DNA from: an uncultured bacterium
GTDB lineage: Bacteria; Fidelibacterota; Marinisomatia; Marinisomatales; UBA1611
Length of the DNA stretch: 64,000 bases
Assembly (NCBI GenBank): GCA_965660855.1
Contig: CBFIBM010000001.1
Span: forward strand, 160,001-224,000
Direction: 5' to 3'
Part shown: piece after piece, positions 10,288 to 20,133 of the stretch
Layout: each line of letters begins with the position of its first letter
Numbering within the stretch: position 1 is the stretch's first letter
The notes under the pieces: model-generated
What the model was told of the DNA's origin: nothing
Seen by the model: only the letters and a program-made list of their open reading frames with translations
Databases searched by the model: none
Made by a program: the position numbers and the translations under genes

Positions 10288-11397
10288 ATGGCAAAAAAAA
10301 TTATAATATCAATTATAGGTTTATTAAGTACCTTAATAGTTCTTATTATTGTATTTATTAGTTGTGCTCCTCAATTTGGATCAAATCCAGATAAAATGCA
10401 AAAAGAGTACTTTTCTTTATTTAGCAATTATATGAATGGTGAATTTGTAAACTTAGAAGAAACAGAAATGATGACAGGTGATATGCCTATGTCAGAATTT
10501 TTTAAAAAGGATAGTCTGAGATCACCTTTGTTTGAGTTGCAGACTCAAGAAATAGATCTAAATTCTTTTAAAAGTAAATCTGAAAAATCCATTTCCAAAA
10601 TAGCATGGTTAGGTCATTCTGCATTTATTTTGAACTTGGAGGGTAAAATAATATTATTAGACCCCATGCTTGGGGAATATGCGGCTCCTTTTCCAATACC
10701 ATCCTTAAAAAGATATAGCGAAAAAACACCATTTAAAATAGATGATTTAGGTTCTGTCGATGCTGTTTTAATATCACACGATCATTATGATCACTTAGAC
10801 TATACCACGGTAAAAAATATCAAAAATAATGTTGGTATGTTTTATGTCCCTTTAGGAATTGGTAATCATCTTCAAAAGTGGGGAGTCTCAAAAGAAAAAA
10901 TTATTGAAATGAATTGGGGTGAATCCACGTTATTAAATGATATTGAATTAATTTGTTTACCGGCCAGACATTTTTCTGGAAGAGGACCTTTAAATAGAAA
11001 TTCCACATTATGGTGTTCTTGGGCAATTAAATCTAATACCAGTAAAATTTATTTTAGTGGAGATTCGGGTTTTGGATTTCATCTTTATGAAATTGGTAAA
11101 AAGCATGGTCCATTTGATTTAGCCTTGATTGATTGTGGTCAGTATAATGACGCGTGGAAGTTCTCACACATGTTCCCCGAACAAGGTGTCGAAGCCGCTC
11201 GAGTTTTAAATTCAAAATATTTAATGCCCATTCATTGGGGTGCCTTTACATTAGCGACACACCCATGGAATGAACCAGTTGAGAGGGCACTTATAGAATC
11301 AAATAAGAAAAAACAAAAAATAATTACACCTCAAATTGGACAGGTAATTCATTTAAACAACTTAGATTTAAAATATGAAAATTGGTGGAATTATTAG
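10288..11397 (+). CDS. Metallo-beta-lactamase-fold hydrolase (NAPE-PLD/RomA-like), membrane anchored
   Basis: WLGHS, ISHDHYDHLD, PARHFSGR, FSGDSG, PIHWGAF. Confidence 0.9.
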   Translation: MAKKIIISIIGLLSTLIVLIIVFISCAPQFGSNPDKMQKEYFSLFSNYMNGEFVNLEETEMMTGDMPMSEFFKKDSLRSPLFELQTQEIDLNSFKSKSEKSISKIAWLGHSAFILNLEGKIILLDPMLGEYAAPFPIPSLKRYSEKTPFKIDDLGSVDAVLISHDHYDHLDYTTVKNIKNNVGMFYVPLGIGNHLQKWGVSKEKIIEMNWGESTLLNDIELICLPARHFSGRGPLNRNSTLWCSWAIKSNTSKIYFSGDSGFGFHLYEIGKKHGPFDLALIDCGQYNDAWKFSHMFPEQGVEAARVLNSKYLMPIHWGAFTLATHPWNEPVERALIESNKKKQKIITPQIGQVIHLNNLDLKYENWWNY

Positions 11398-11426
11398 TAT
11401 CTTTAATTAAATTGCCTATTATTACA

Positions 11427-11451
11427 GAGCAGATCCTAAATAGACTGCTAC
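11427..11451 (+). promoter_or_regulatory. Candidate pan-type cis-regulatory RNA hairpin in the leader of the pan/coa operon
   Basis: G-AGCAG-(A)-UC-loop CUAAAUA-GA-CUGCU-(A)-C: a stem with one bulged A on each side, no U-tract, ending 33 nt before the first gene. Confidence 0.4.
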
Positions 11452-11484
11452 TAACGAGAAAAAAGAAAGTTGAGGACTTGATTC

Positions 11485-12183
11485 ATGGAACAGGTACCTA
11501 CAAAGAAAAAACCTTATCTAATTATTGGAGGTGGGAGGCTAGCAAAACACCTAGCTTACTATTTGCAATTATTAGACATTCCATTTAATCAATGGAAGCG
11601 TAAAGATAGATCTAAACTAGAAAAGTTATCTAGCAATTCTAATAAGATCTTACTAGCCATATCTGATGATTCTATCATTCCAGTTGCAAAAAAATTCCCT
11701 GATAAATTGGTTATTCATTTTTCTGGTGTATTAACAACAAAATTTGCAGAAAGCGCTCATCCTCTTTTTACCTTTTCAAATAATTTATACCAGTTAAAAG
11801 AATATCAAAATATTCCATTCATTACTGAAAGAAAAAGAATGAACTTTAAAGAATTATTTCCTGAGTTAATAAATTTATCATATGTGATAGAACAAAGAGA
11901 AAAAGAGCATTATCATGCTTGGGCATCTATGGTCGGAAATTTTTCTTCTTTTCTTATCTCAGAATATAAAAAAGTAATCGCAGGTCTTGACCTTCCTAAA
12001 GAGATACTTGAACCATATCTTTATCAAATTGTTAAAAATTCAATTAATGAAACAGATGCATTAACTGGACCTATTATAAGGGGTGATCAAGAAACTATTG
12101 ATAAGCATTTACAAATTATTGAGATGGATTTTATTCCGATATATAATTCTTTTTTAAAATGTATAAATAATAGAAGAAAATGA
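11485..12183 (+). CDS. DUF2520 / Rossmann-like protein, probable PanG-type ketopantoate reductase
   Basis: IIGGGRLA, LAISDDSI, HFSG, HPLFTF, YHA, ALTGPIIRGD; first gene of the panB-panC operon. Confidence 0.8.
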   Translation: MEQVPTKKKPYLIIGGGRLAKHLAYYLQLLDIPFNQWKRKDRSKLEKLSSNSNKILLAISDDSIIPVAKKFPDKLVIHFSGVLTTKFAESAHPLFTFSNNLYQLKEYQNIPFITERKRMNFKELFPELINLSYVIEQREKEHYHAWASMVGNFSSFLISEYKKVIAGLDLPKEILEPYLYQIVKNSINETDALTGPIIRGDQETIDKHLQIIEMDFIPIYNSFLKCINNRRK

Positions 12184-12971
12184 AAAGTATTCAAAGTTTT
12201 AAAAAAATAAAATTAAAAGATTCTAAGCTGACTATGATAACTTGTTATGATTACAGCTTTGCAAAAATTATTGCCGACTCCAATATAGATATGGTTTTGG
12301 TAGGAGATAGTGCAGCTATGGTAATGGCTGGATTTAAGAATACAATTCCTGCTACAATCGAAATGATGGAATACCATATTAGCTCTGTTGCTCGTGCTTT
12401 AAAAGGAAAATTTTTAGTTGGTGATATGCCATTTTTAGAGCATCGTAAAAATAAAAAACAAACAATGAATTCAATTGATATTTTGATGAAAGCAGGTGCG
12501 AACGCAATTAAAATTGAGGGAGGTCAAAATCATACCAAAATTATAAAATATATTGTGGATTCTGGCGTCCCCATAATGGGGCACCTTGGTCTGACTCCTC
12601 AATCAGTTAATGCTCTAGGTGGATGGAAATTACAAGGAAATTCAAAAATAGAAGCTGAAAAAATATATGAAGACGCTTTGCAATTAGAAAGATCAGGAGT
12701 CTTTGCAATTGTTTTAGAAATGATTCCTGAAAAACTTGCGAAAAAGATAACAGATGATCTTCAAATCCCAACAATTGGTATCGGTGCAGGTGCATATACT
12801 TCTGGACAAGTGTTAGTTCTTCAAGATTTATTAGGAATGAGTAATAAATTTAATCCATCATTTGTTAGAAAATACTTTAATGGATATGATGTGATAAGAA
12901 AAGCTCTTAATAGCTTTGATGATGATGTGAAAAAAGGTTCTTTTCCAGGAAATGAGGAAATTATCAAATGA
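12180..12971 (+). CDS. panB: 3-methyl-2-oxobutanoate hydroxymethyltransferase
   Basis: TCYD, LVGDS, DMPF, KIEGG, GHLGLTPQ, PTIGIGAG, GQVLV. Confidence 0.97.
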   Translation: MKSIQSFKKIKLKDSKLTMITCYDYSFAKIIADSNIDMVLVGDSAAMVMAGFKNTIPATIEMMEYHISSVARALKGKFLVGDMPFLEHRKNKKQTMNSIDILMKAGANAIKIEGGQNHTKIIKYIVDSGVPIMGHLGLTPQSVNALGGWKLQGNSKIEAEKIYEDALQLERSGVFAIVLEMIPEKLAKKITDDLQIPTIGIGAGAYTSGQVLVLQDLLGMSNKFNPSFVRKYFNGYDVIRKALNSFDDDVKKGSFPGNEEIIK

Positions 12972-13726
12972 GATTATTCAAAAATCTCAAAGATTGGGTA
13001 GACTTTAGAAGTCAAATTAATGGTTCTTTATATATTGGTTTTGTTCCAACAATGGGTTCCCTACATAAAGGACATATTTCTTTAATTAAAAGATCTACAA
13101 AGGAGAATAGGTATACAGTTGTTAGTATATTTATTAATCCCACTCAGTTTGATAATAAGAATGATTTAAAAAAATATCCAAGTAATATCAAAAATGATCT
13201 TAAAATTTTAGAATCAATTGGTGTTGAATATGTAATCCTTCCAACAGAAAAAGAAATGTATAAAAATGGTTATAATTATCGTATTTCTGAACATAGTTAC
13301 AGTTTACAAATGGAAGGACTATCAAGAGAGGGCCATTTTGAAGGGGTTTTGACTGTTGTGATGAAACTATTGAATATTGTTCAACCTCATAGAACTTATT
13401 TTGGAGAAAAAGATTATCAGCAATTCGAACTTATTGAAAGCATGTGTAAGTCTTTTTTTATGAATATTAATATAATTTCCTGTAAAACTATCAGAGAAAA
13501 GGATGGTCTTGCATTTTCTTCAAGAAACTTATTATTGAATGATAATGAAAGAGATATTGCACCAAATTTTTATAAAACATTAGTTTCAAAAAAGAGCGTT
13601 GAAGAAATGACACAAGATTTAGAAAATTTTGGGTTCATTGTAGAATATATTGAGAAAAAAAATAATAGAATTTTTGGTGCAGTAAAACTAGGAAAAGTAA
13701 GATTGATTGATAATGAAACACTCTAA
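12968..13726 (+). CDS. panC: Pantoate--beta-alanine ligase
   Basis: GFVPTMGSLHKGH, SIFINPTQF, FGEKDYQQ, REKDGLAFSSRN, RLIDN. Confidence 0.97.
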   Translation: MRLFKNLKDWVDFRSQINGSLYIGFVPTMGSLHKGHISLIKRSTKENRYTVVSIFINPTQFDNKNDLKKYPSNIKNDLKILESIGVEYVILPTEKEMYKNGYNYRISEHSYSLQMEGLSREGHFEGVLTVVMKLLNIVQPHRTYFGEKDYQQFELIESMCKSFFMNINIISCKTIREKDGLAFSSRNLLLNDNERDIAPNFYKTLVSKKSVEEMTQDLENFGFIVEYIEKKNNRIFGAVKLGKVRLIDNETL

Positions 13727-14903
13727 ATTATTATTTTCTATCAGTGGATCAATTGCTTCTTATAAAGCAGCAGATACAATTTCTAAGTTAGTTCAAAAAG
13801 GGTATGAAATTCAGGTTGTTGCAACAAAATCTGCTTTGAAATTTATTGGTTCAGCTACTTTAGAAGGACTAACTGGTAAAAAAGTGATGACAGATATTTT
13901 TAAAAATGGTAAAATGATGTCACACATTGATTTAGTTAAATGGGCTGATATTATGATATTAGCTCCTGCAACAGCATCAACAATTAATTCCATGCGTAGC
14001 GGTTTAGGAGATAACTTAGTATTATCGCTGTTCCTAGCACATGACTGGGGAAAACCGTATATAATTGCTCCTGCAATGAATACAAAAATGTGGATGCATC
14101 CTGCAACACAAAGTTCATTAAGAAAATTAATTGAATGGGGTGTGAATGTCTTAGAACCAAATACTGGCGATCTTGCTTGTGGTGATTATGGTCCTGGTAG
14201 AATGGTTGAACCAGTACAAATTATTCATTTTCTAGAAAACAATGTTAAAATGAAAAATAAGATCTCAGTACTTGTAACATCTGGAGGAACAAAAGAACCT
14301 ATTGATGGCGTTCGTTATATATCAAATATTAGTACGGGTAATACTGCATCATCTATAGCTAACTACTTTATAAGCTCCGGGCACAATCTTACATATTTGG
14401 CATCAGATGATGCCAAAGTTCCTAAAGGAAAATTTAAAAAAGTAATTTTTAATTCGTATTATGATTTGGAAGAAAAATTATTTTCATCAGTTGTTGAACA
14501 GAAATTTGATATTTTAATTCATGCAGCAGCAGTGAGTGATTATATTCCAAAAAATATAGACAAGAGTATAAAGATAGACTCACAAAAACAAAACATTTCG
14601 ATTGATTTTAAGAAAACACCTAAAATGGTTAATAGTATAAAAGCGAAAAGCAAAAATAAAAATATCAAATTAGTAGCATTTAAACTGACAGCAGATCAAG
14701 ATGAAGAAAAAAGGATAAAAAAAATAAAAAACTTGTTTCAACAATCAAATGCTGATTTAATCGTACAAAATGACATATCAAAGAGAATTGGAAATGTTCA
14801 AACTGGTTATAATATTTACAATTTAAAATCTAAAGTCTTCAGCACCTCAAATTCTAAAGAATTAGGTGAGAAAATATTAAATGAAATAAAAAGTGTTTTG
14901 TAA
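13707..14903 (+). CDS. coaBC: Bifunctional phosphopantothenoylcysteine decarboxylase / phosphopantothenate--cysteine ligase
   Basis: SGSIASYKA, APATA, APAMNTKMW, LACGDYGPGR, TSGGTKEPIDGVRYISNISTG, AAAVSDY. Confidence 0.95.
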   Translation: MIMKHSKLLFSISGSIASYKAADTISKLVQKGYEIQVVATKSALKFIGSATLEGLTGKKVMTDIFKNGKMMSHIDLVKWADIMILAPATASTINSMRSGLGDNLVLSLFLAHDWGKPYIIAPAMNTKMWMHPATQSSLRKLIEWGVNVLEPNTGDLACGDYGPGRMVEPVQIIHFLENNVKMKNKISVLVTSGGTKEPIDGVRYISNISTGNTASSIANYFISSGHNLTYLASDDAKVPKGKFKKVIFNSYYDLEEKLFSSVVEQKFDILIHAAAVSDYIPKNIDKSIKIDSQKQNISIDFKKTPKMVNSIKAKSKNKNIKLVAFKLTADQDEEKRIKKIKNLFQQSNADLIVQNDISKRIGNVQTGYNIYNLKSKVFSTSNSKELGEKILNEIKSVL

Positions 14904-15670
14904 TGATATTGTGTATTGACATTGGTAATACATCTATTCATGGAGGTGTTTTTCATGATGGAAAACTGATTTTACAATTTAGAAAAACATCAGCTTTTAG
15001 AGGCTCTTCAGATGAAATAGGAATATTTTTAAGGTCAGTTTTAAAAGAAAATAAAATTGAACATAAAAATATCAGACAGGTCAGTCTATGCTCTGTTGTA
15101 CCCGATGCAATTCATTCACTACGAAATGCTTGTTTAAAATATTTCAATACAGCTCCTTTCGAATTAGGACCAGGTTCAAAAACAGGGTTACAAATCAATT
15201 ATAGAAACCCATCTGAAGTTGGGGCTGATCGAATTGCAAATGCCCTAGCCGCAATGAAACGATTTCCAGGTAAAAATTTAATAATAATTGATTTTGGAAC
15301 CGCTACAACTTTTGATGTGGTGTCAAAAAACAAGGTCTATAAAGGTGGTACTATTTTCCCAGGTATACAAATATCTATGGAAGCACTAGAACAAAAAGCA
15401 GCTAAGCTACAACCAGTTGAAATCATTAAAAGGCATAAGGCTGTTGGGAGATCAACAATCGGTAGTATTCAATCTGGTTTGTATTACGGACAAATGGGAA
15501 TGGTAAAAGAATTGATTAAGCATATAACTAAAGAAGAATTTTTAAATATTAGGCCTACTGTTGTTGCAACTGGAGGATTCTCAAATCTTTACAGGGATGA
15601 TAACCTTTTTGATATAATTGTTCCAGAACTTGTTTTGGAGGGAATTCACATTGCAATAAATATGAATTAA
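14903..15670 (+). CDS. coaX: Type III pantothenate kinase
   Basis: IDIGNT, SVVP, VGADR, IDFGTATTFD, GGTIFPG, ATGG. Confidence 0.96.
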   Translation: MILCIDIGNTSIHGGVFHDGKLILQFRKTSAFRGSSDEIGIFLRSVLKENKIEHKNIRQVSLCSVVPDAIHSLRNACLKYFNTAPFELGPGSKTGLQINYRNPSEVGADRIANALAAMKRFPGKNLIIIDFGTATTFDVVSKNKVYKGGTIFPGIQISMEALEQKAAKLQPVEIIKRHKAVGRSTIGSIQSGLYYGQMGMVKELIKHITKEEFLNIRPTVVATGGFSNLYRDDNLFDIIVPELVLEGIHIAINMN

Positions 15671-15788
15671 AAATAAAAATAATTGTTTTTCAATATGGAT
15701 TTATAATACTGTTTTTTTTATTTTCCCAGGCTGTATTTATTTACATATCAATAAACTAAGATTAAAACTATTATACTAGGAGTAAAAA

Positions 15789-17654
15789 TTGTCTCAACAG
15801 CCATTTCAAACTGAAGTTAGTCAGCTTTTAAAGTTAATAATCCATTCCCTATATTCTCATAAAGAGATTTATTTGAGAGAATTAATCTCAAACTCATCAG
15901 ATGCTATAGATAAACTTCGTTACTTAACCTTAACAAAAGATGATTACAAACAGATTTCATTTGAGCCAAAAATTAGTATTGAATTCGTAGAAGGCGATGA
16001 ACCAACTATGACAATCACAGATACTGGAATTGGTATGTCAAAAAAAGATTTAGAGGATAATCTAGGAACAATAGCTAAATCAGGAACAAAAAATTTCTTA
16101 TCAAAACTTTCCGGTGATGCTAAAAAAGATTCTCAATTAATTGGTCAATTTGGAGTTGGTTTTTACTCAAGTTTCATGGTTGCAAAAAAAGTCGATGTAA
16201 CTAGTTTAAAGGCAGGAAATAAAGAAGCGTGGATGTGGACAAGTGATGGTGAAACTGGGTTTGAAATTAAAAAGGCAGTTAAAAAAGATTTTGGAACTTC
16301 GATTAAATTGTATTTAAATGATGAAGGAAAAGAGTTTGCTAGTAGATGGAGATTAGAAGGTCTAGTTAAAAAATATTCAGATCATATTGATGCCCCAATT
16401 ATGCTTACCTATGAGGATACTGAATATGATGATGAGGGCAAAGAAAAAAGCAAAGAAACAAAGACAACACAAATAAATGATGCCAAAGCTTTCTGGACTC
16501 GATCTAAAAATGAATTAAAGAAAAAAGATTACAATGAATTTTACAAATCGTTATCAAATGATGTTTCAGATCCGCTTGACTATGTACACTTTAGAGCGGA
16601 AGGTAATTTGGAGTTTACTATTTTATTTTTCATTCCTAAAAATGCATCTCCTGACATTTATAGGGCAGATTATAAATCTGGGGTGAAATTATATGTAAAT
16701 AGAGTTTTTATAACTGAAGATGATAAAGAACTCTTACCTAGTTGGTTGCGTTTTGTGAAAGGTATTATCGACTCTTCTGACTTGCCATTAAATGTAAGCA
16801 GGGAAATCCTTCAACAAAATCGAGTAATGGCAAAAATTCGATCTAATTCTGTAAAAAAGATTCTTGATAAACTAAAAACAGTTTCTACAAAAAAAGAAAA
16901 ATACGCCGAGTTTTTTGAACAGTATGGAAGATTGATTAAAGAGGGTGTTTATCAAGATTTTGAACATAAGGACGCACTTACTGAATTATTGAGATTTAAA
17001 TCGACGAAAGAAGATGGTCTTACCTCATTACGTGAATATGTAGGAAGAATGAGAGAGGATCAGAAATCAATCTATTATATAACTGGACAAAATGAGATTT
17101 CGCTTAAAAACTCTCCATTACTAGAAATTTATAAACAGAAAGATATAGAAGTCCTAATTCTAGATGATGAAATCGATGAAATTATTATAACATCTGTTCC
17201 AAAATATGATGAAAAAGATTTGAAGTCTGTTAAAAGAAGTGGTGCAGCTGAAGACTTTTCTGAAAATAAGGATGCTGATAATGGAAAAGAATTATCATCA
17301 GTAGTTAAAAAATTAAAGAAAGTTTTAGGAGATAATGTTAAAGATGTTAAAATATCAAACAGATTAAGCGATTCTCCATCTTGCGTTGTTGCAGATGAGA
17401 ACGATCCTACGGCACAAATGCAAGAGATAATGCGATCTATGGGGCAAGCCGATATGCCACAGGTTAAACCAATTCTTGAAATCAACCCTGAGCACATAAT
17501 TGTTAAAAAATTAAAAGATATGACAAAAAAGAAAGCTTTTGATGATATCGCTTTTCTGCTTTTTGAACAAGCTTTGATACAAGAAGGTGTTAAATTAGAA
17601 GATCCTTCTGGCTTTGTGGAAAGGTTAAATAAGGCAATTTCAGGTAAGCTATAA
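15789..17654 (+). CDS. htpG: Molecular chaperone HtpG (Hsp90)
   Basis: FQTEV, LRELISN, DTGIGM, NLGTIAKSGT, IGQFGVGFYS, LPLNVSREILQ; TTG start with GGAG RBS. Confidence 0.97.
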   Translation: MSQQPFQTEVSQLLKLIIHSLYSHKEIYLRELISNSSDAIDKLRYLTLTKDDYKQISFEPKISIEFVEGDEPTMTITDTGIGMSKKDLEDNLGTIAKSGTKNFLSKLSGDAKKDSQLIGQFGVGFYSSFMVAKKVDVTSLKAGNKEAWMWTSDGETGFEIKKAVKKDFGTSIKLYLNDEGKEFASRWRLEGLVKKYSDHIDAPIMLTYEDTEYDDEGKEKSKETKTTQINDAKAFWTRSKNELKKKDYNEFYKSLSNDVSDPLDYVHFRAEGNLEFTILFFIPKNASPDIYRADYKSGVKLYVNRVFITEDDKELLPSWLRFVKGIIDSSDLPLNVSREILQQNRVMAKIRSNSVKKILDKLKTVSTKKEKYAEFFEQYGRLIKEGVYQDFEHKDALTELLRFKSTKEDGLTSLREYVGRMREDQKSIYYITGQNEISLKNSPLLEIYKQKDIEVLILDDEIDEIIITSVPKYDEKDLKSVKRSGAAEDFSENKDADNGKELSSVVKKLKKVLGDNVKDVKISNRLSDSPSCVVADENDPTAQMQEIMRSMGQADMPQVKPILEINPEHIIVKKLKDMTKKKAFDDIAFLLFEQALIQEGVKLEDPSGFVERLNKAISGKL

Positions 17655-17681
17655 ATTATTGATCTAACTTAGGTACATATT

Positions 17682-18455
17682 ATGATAACAATTTTATCTC
17701 CAGCAAAAAAAATATCTAAAGATTGCTCTGCAGTTACCAAAAGTTATCATGTACCTGAGTTTTTAGATAATTCTAAGGTTTTAGTAGATAGTCTAAAAAC
17801 CTTAGATCCGTTAGATTATATGTCATTGATGAGTATTAGTGAGCCATTAGCAAAATTAAACTGGGAACGTATGCAGCAATGGACTTCCAATTTTAATTCA
17901 CATAATTCAAGAGAAGCAATCTACTCATTTAACGGAGACACATATTCTGGATTTGATGTTGATTCATTAAGTAATAAAGATATACAATTTGCAGATTCAA
18001 ATGTTAGAATATTATCTGGGCTTTATGGTCTTTTAAAGCCTCTAGATCTGATAATGCCATATAGATTAGAGATGGGAACAAAATTTGAAAATATTAAAGG
18101 TGAAAATTTATATGAATATTGGGGAAGTTTATTAGGAGAAAAAATTTGTAAAGAGTTAGAATCTCATAAATCTCAAATTATAATAAACTGTGCTTCTATT
18201 GAATATTTTAAATCTGTGAAATTAGAAGCAGATAGAATAAAAGTAATTACTCCTCAATTTAAAGATTGGAAAAATGGTAAATTAAAAATAATATCTTTTT
18301 ATGCAAAAAAAGCAAGAGGGATGATGGCAAGATTTATCGTTAAAAATAAAATTGAAAATAAAAATGATATTTTAAAATTCAATTTAGGAGGTTACAAATA
18401 TCAACCTTCTTTGTCATCACCATTAGACCCTGTTTTTACCAGAAACCAAGCCTAA
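17682..18455 (+). CDS. yaaA: Peroxide stress protein YaaA
   Basis: LSPAK, ILSGLYGLLKPLDLIMPYRLEMGT, NCASIEY, ISFYAKKARGMMAR. Confidence 0.95.
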   Translation: MITILSPAKKISKDCSAVTKSYHVPEFLDNSKVLVDSLKTLDPLDYMSLMSISEPLAKLNWERMQQWTSNFNSHNSREAIYSFNGDTYSGFDVDSLSNKDIQFADSNVRILSGLYGLLKPLDLIMPYRLEMGTKFENIKGENLYEYWGSLLGEKICKELESHKSQIIINCASIEYFKSVKLEADRIKVITPQFKDWKNGKLKIISFYAKKARGMMARFIVKNKIENKNDILKFNLGGYKYQPSLSSPLDPVFTRNQA

Positions 18456-18465
18456 AATTATAGTA

Positions 18466-18984
18466 TTGAAAAACATACTTTTAATTTTTTTCATATTTTT
18501 ATCACTGATAAATGCAGAATCGACATTCGATAAATTTAAGCATGAGGAAATTATTAAAGTAATTTTAACTGATTATTTTAAGAATGTGGATGAAAAGAAT
18601 ATTGAAGGTATACTAGATCATTTAACGTCTGAGCTTATCATGAATTTTGGTTCAGATGGAGTTACTCGTATTAAATCGAAAACAGAATTTTACCCTATTT
18701 TTGAATCCTGGAGCAAATCTAGTAAGGGTCAATTTAGTTTTACAAGGATTGATTCTATTAACATTCAAGAAACTCATATTGTAAAAAATTATACTGCTGT
18801 AGCAGATGTTACATATACTAGAATGGATAAAAATGGAAATCCTATCCGAACAGAAAGGTCTTTATATCACTTTGTGCGTGGTACAGGCTATTACGGTAAG
18901 CCATTGAAATTCATTTGGGAAGTGATGATAAAATGGCTAAGGCCTTGGAAGATTTATATGATTTCCAATATAGCATTAGATTGA
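18466..18984 (+). CDS. Exported NTF2/SnoaL-like fold protein, copy A
   Basis: Signal peptide; DYFKNVDEKN...ADVTYTR...SLYHFV...WKIYM; clear paralog of 19644..20114. Fold assignment is by pattern only. Confidence 0.75.
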   Translation: MKNILLIFFIFLSLINAESTFDKFKHEEIIKVILTDYFKNVDEKNIEGILDHLTSELIMNFGSDGVTRIKSKTEFYPIFESWSKSSKGQFSFTRIDSINIQETHIVKNYTAVADVTYTRMDKNGNPIRTERSLYHFVRGTGYYGKPLKFIWEVMIKWLRPWKIYMISNIALD

Positions 18985-18991
18985 AAACATT

Positions 18992-19567
18992 TTAAAAATC
19001 TATTTTAAGAGCCCTATCTTCATTATTAATGTTATCTTTTTTAATATATGAAAAAGATTTATGCTTGATTTGTTCCTTATCAAAATATTCTGTTAATTTT
19101 CTTAAATATAAGTCCTCCATTCCTTCTTCGTATCCAGATTCTTTGTGAATTATTTTACCTTGTTTATCTATTAATAAAAAAGTTGGGTAACCTATAACTT
19201 TAAACTGTTTTGCAATTTTTGAAGAAGGGTCAACAGCAACATCAAACTTATATTTTCTCTTTTTTATATATGGCCTGACTTGATTAATGATATTAGGTTT
19301 ATTAACATTTACAGCAAGAACTGTTAATCCTGCATCTTTAAATTCTTTATTTAGCTGATTTAAATAGCCTAACTGGCGTTCACAATATGTTCACCATGTA
19401 GTCCAAAAATTAATAATCATCGGACCATCTGAATGAAAATCAGAAAGCTTTGCGTACTCTCCATCTACCATTCGAATTCTGGAGTTTCCAATCTTTTTTC
19501 CTTGAAGGATTATTGGTGAGAGGAGGTAGGATAGAAGTAGTATGGGTATAAATAACTTATTTTTCAT
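18992..19567 (-). CDS. Predicted selenoprotein: TlpA/ResA-like thioredoxin-fold oxidoreductase with a U-T-Y-C motif, 191 aa, copy A
   Basis: Manual translation: MKNKLFIPILLLSYLLSPIILQGKKIGNSRIRMVDGEYAKLSDFHSDGPMIINFWTTW-TGA-TYCERQLGYLNQLNKEFKDAGLTVLAVNVN...FDVAVDPSSKIAKQFKVIGYPTFLLIDKQGKIIHKESGY...KIDF-TAA. Single in-frame TGA at 19391-19393 (codon 59). Confidence 0.9.
19361..19393 (-). promoter_or_regulatory. UGA plus candidate bacterial SECIS element, copy A
   Basis: mRNA UGA-ACAUAUUG-UGAA-C-GCC-AGUUA-GGC-UA-UUUA. The apical loop starts 16 nt after the UGA and has GU at loop positions 2-3. Confidence 0.7.
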
Positions 19568-19643
19568 GTACCTAATTTTATGATAATCAAATGTAAATAT
19601 TAAATAAAATTTTCCAAATTTTTTTCTTAAATTGGATTAAAAA

Positions 19644-20114
19644 TTGAACCTTATGAAAACTCATATTATATTATTTTTAACTTTTTGCATTAATCATAAT
19701 TTTATTTTTGGAATTGATAAACCGAAGGATGATAAAAAAATTATCAGTTCATCCCTTATAGATTATTTTTCTAAAGTTGACGAAAAAAATCTTGAAAGCA
19801 TGTTAAATTATATTGAATTACCTTTTATTTTAAACTTTGAATCAAAAGAACCACTCCATCTAAAAAATGAAGACGAATTCTTTGAGGTATTTGAACTTTG
19901 GAGCAAGTCTGAGAAAGCAAATTTCTTAAAAACTGTATTAGATTCTGTATCTTACACTGAAATTCATAAGGATTTTATGTGGGTTGGGGATGTTACCTAC
20001 TCTAGAGTAAATATAAAAAGTGGGATTAAAGAGACAAATAGATCACTTTATTATTTTGTGAAGAAGAAACATGACTGGAAGATTTATATGGTAAGCAGTG
20101 TTGATTTTGATTAA
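19644..20114 (+). CDS. Exported NTF2/SnoaL-like fold protein, copy B (likely start ATG 19653)
   Basis: Signal peptide; DYFSKVDEKN...GDVTYSR...SLYYFV...WKIYM; paralog of 18466..18984. Confidence 0.75.
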   Translation: MNLMKTHIILFLTFCINHNFIFGIDKPKDDKKIISSSLIDYFSKVDEKNLESMLNYIELPFILNFESKEPLHLKNEDEFFEVFELWSKSEKANFLKTVLDSVSYTEIHKDFMWVGDVTYSRVNIKSGIKETNRSLYYFVKKKHDWKIYMVSSVDFD

Positions 20115-20133
20115 AAAATAATTAGTAGTGTTT

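Noticed and set aside
11382..11588. 68-aa ORF bridging the MBL hydrolase and the DUF2520 gene as a leader peptide
   Set aside because: It overlaps both neighbours out of frame and has no RBS or telling codon content.
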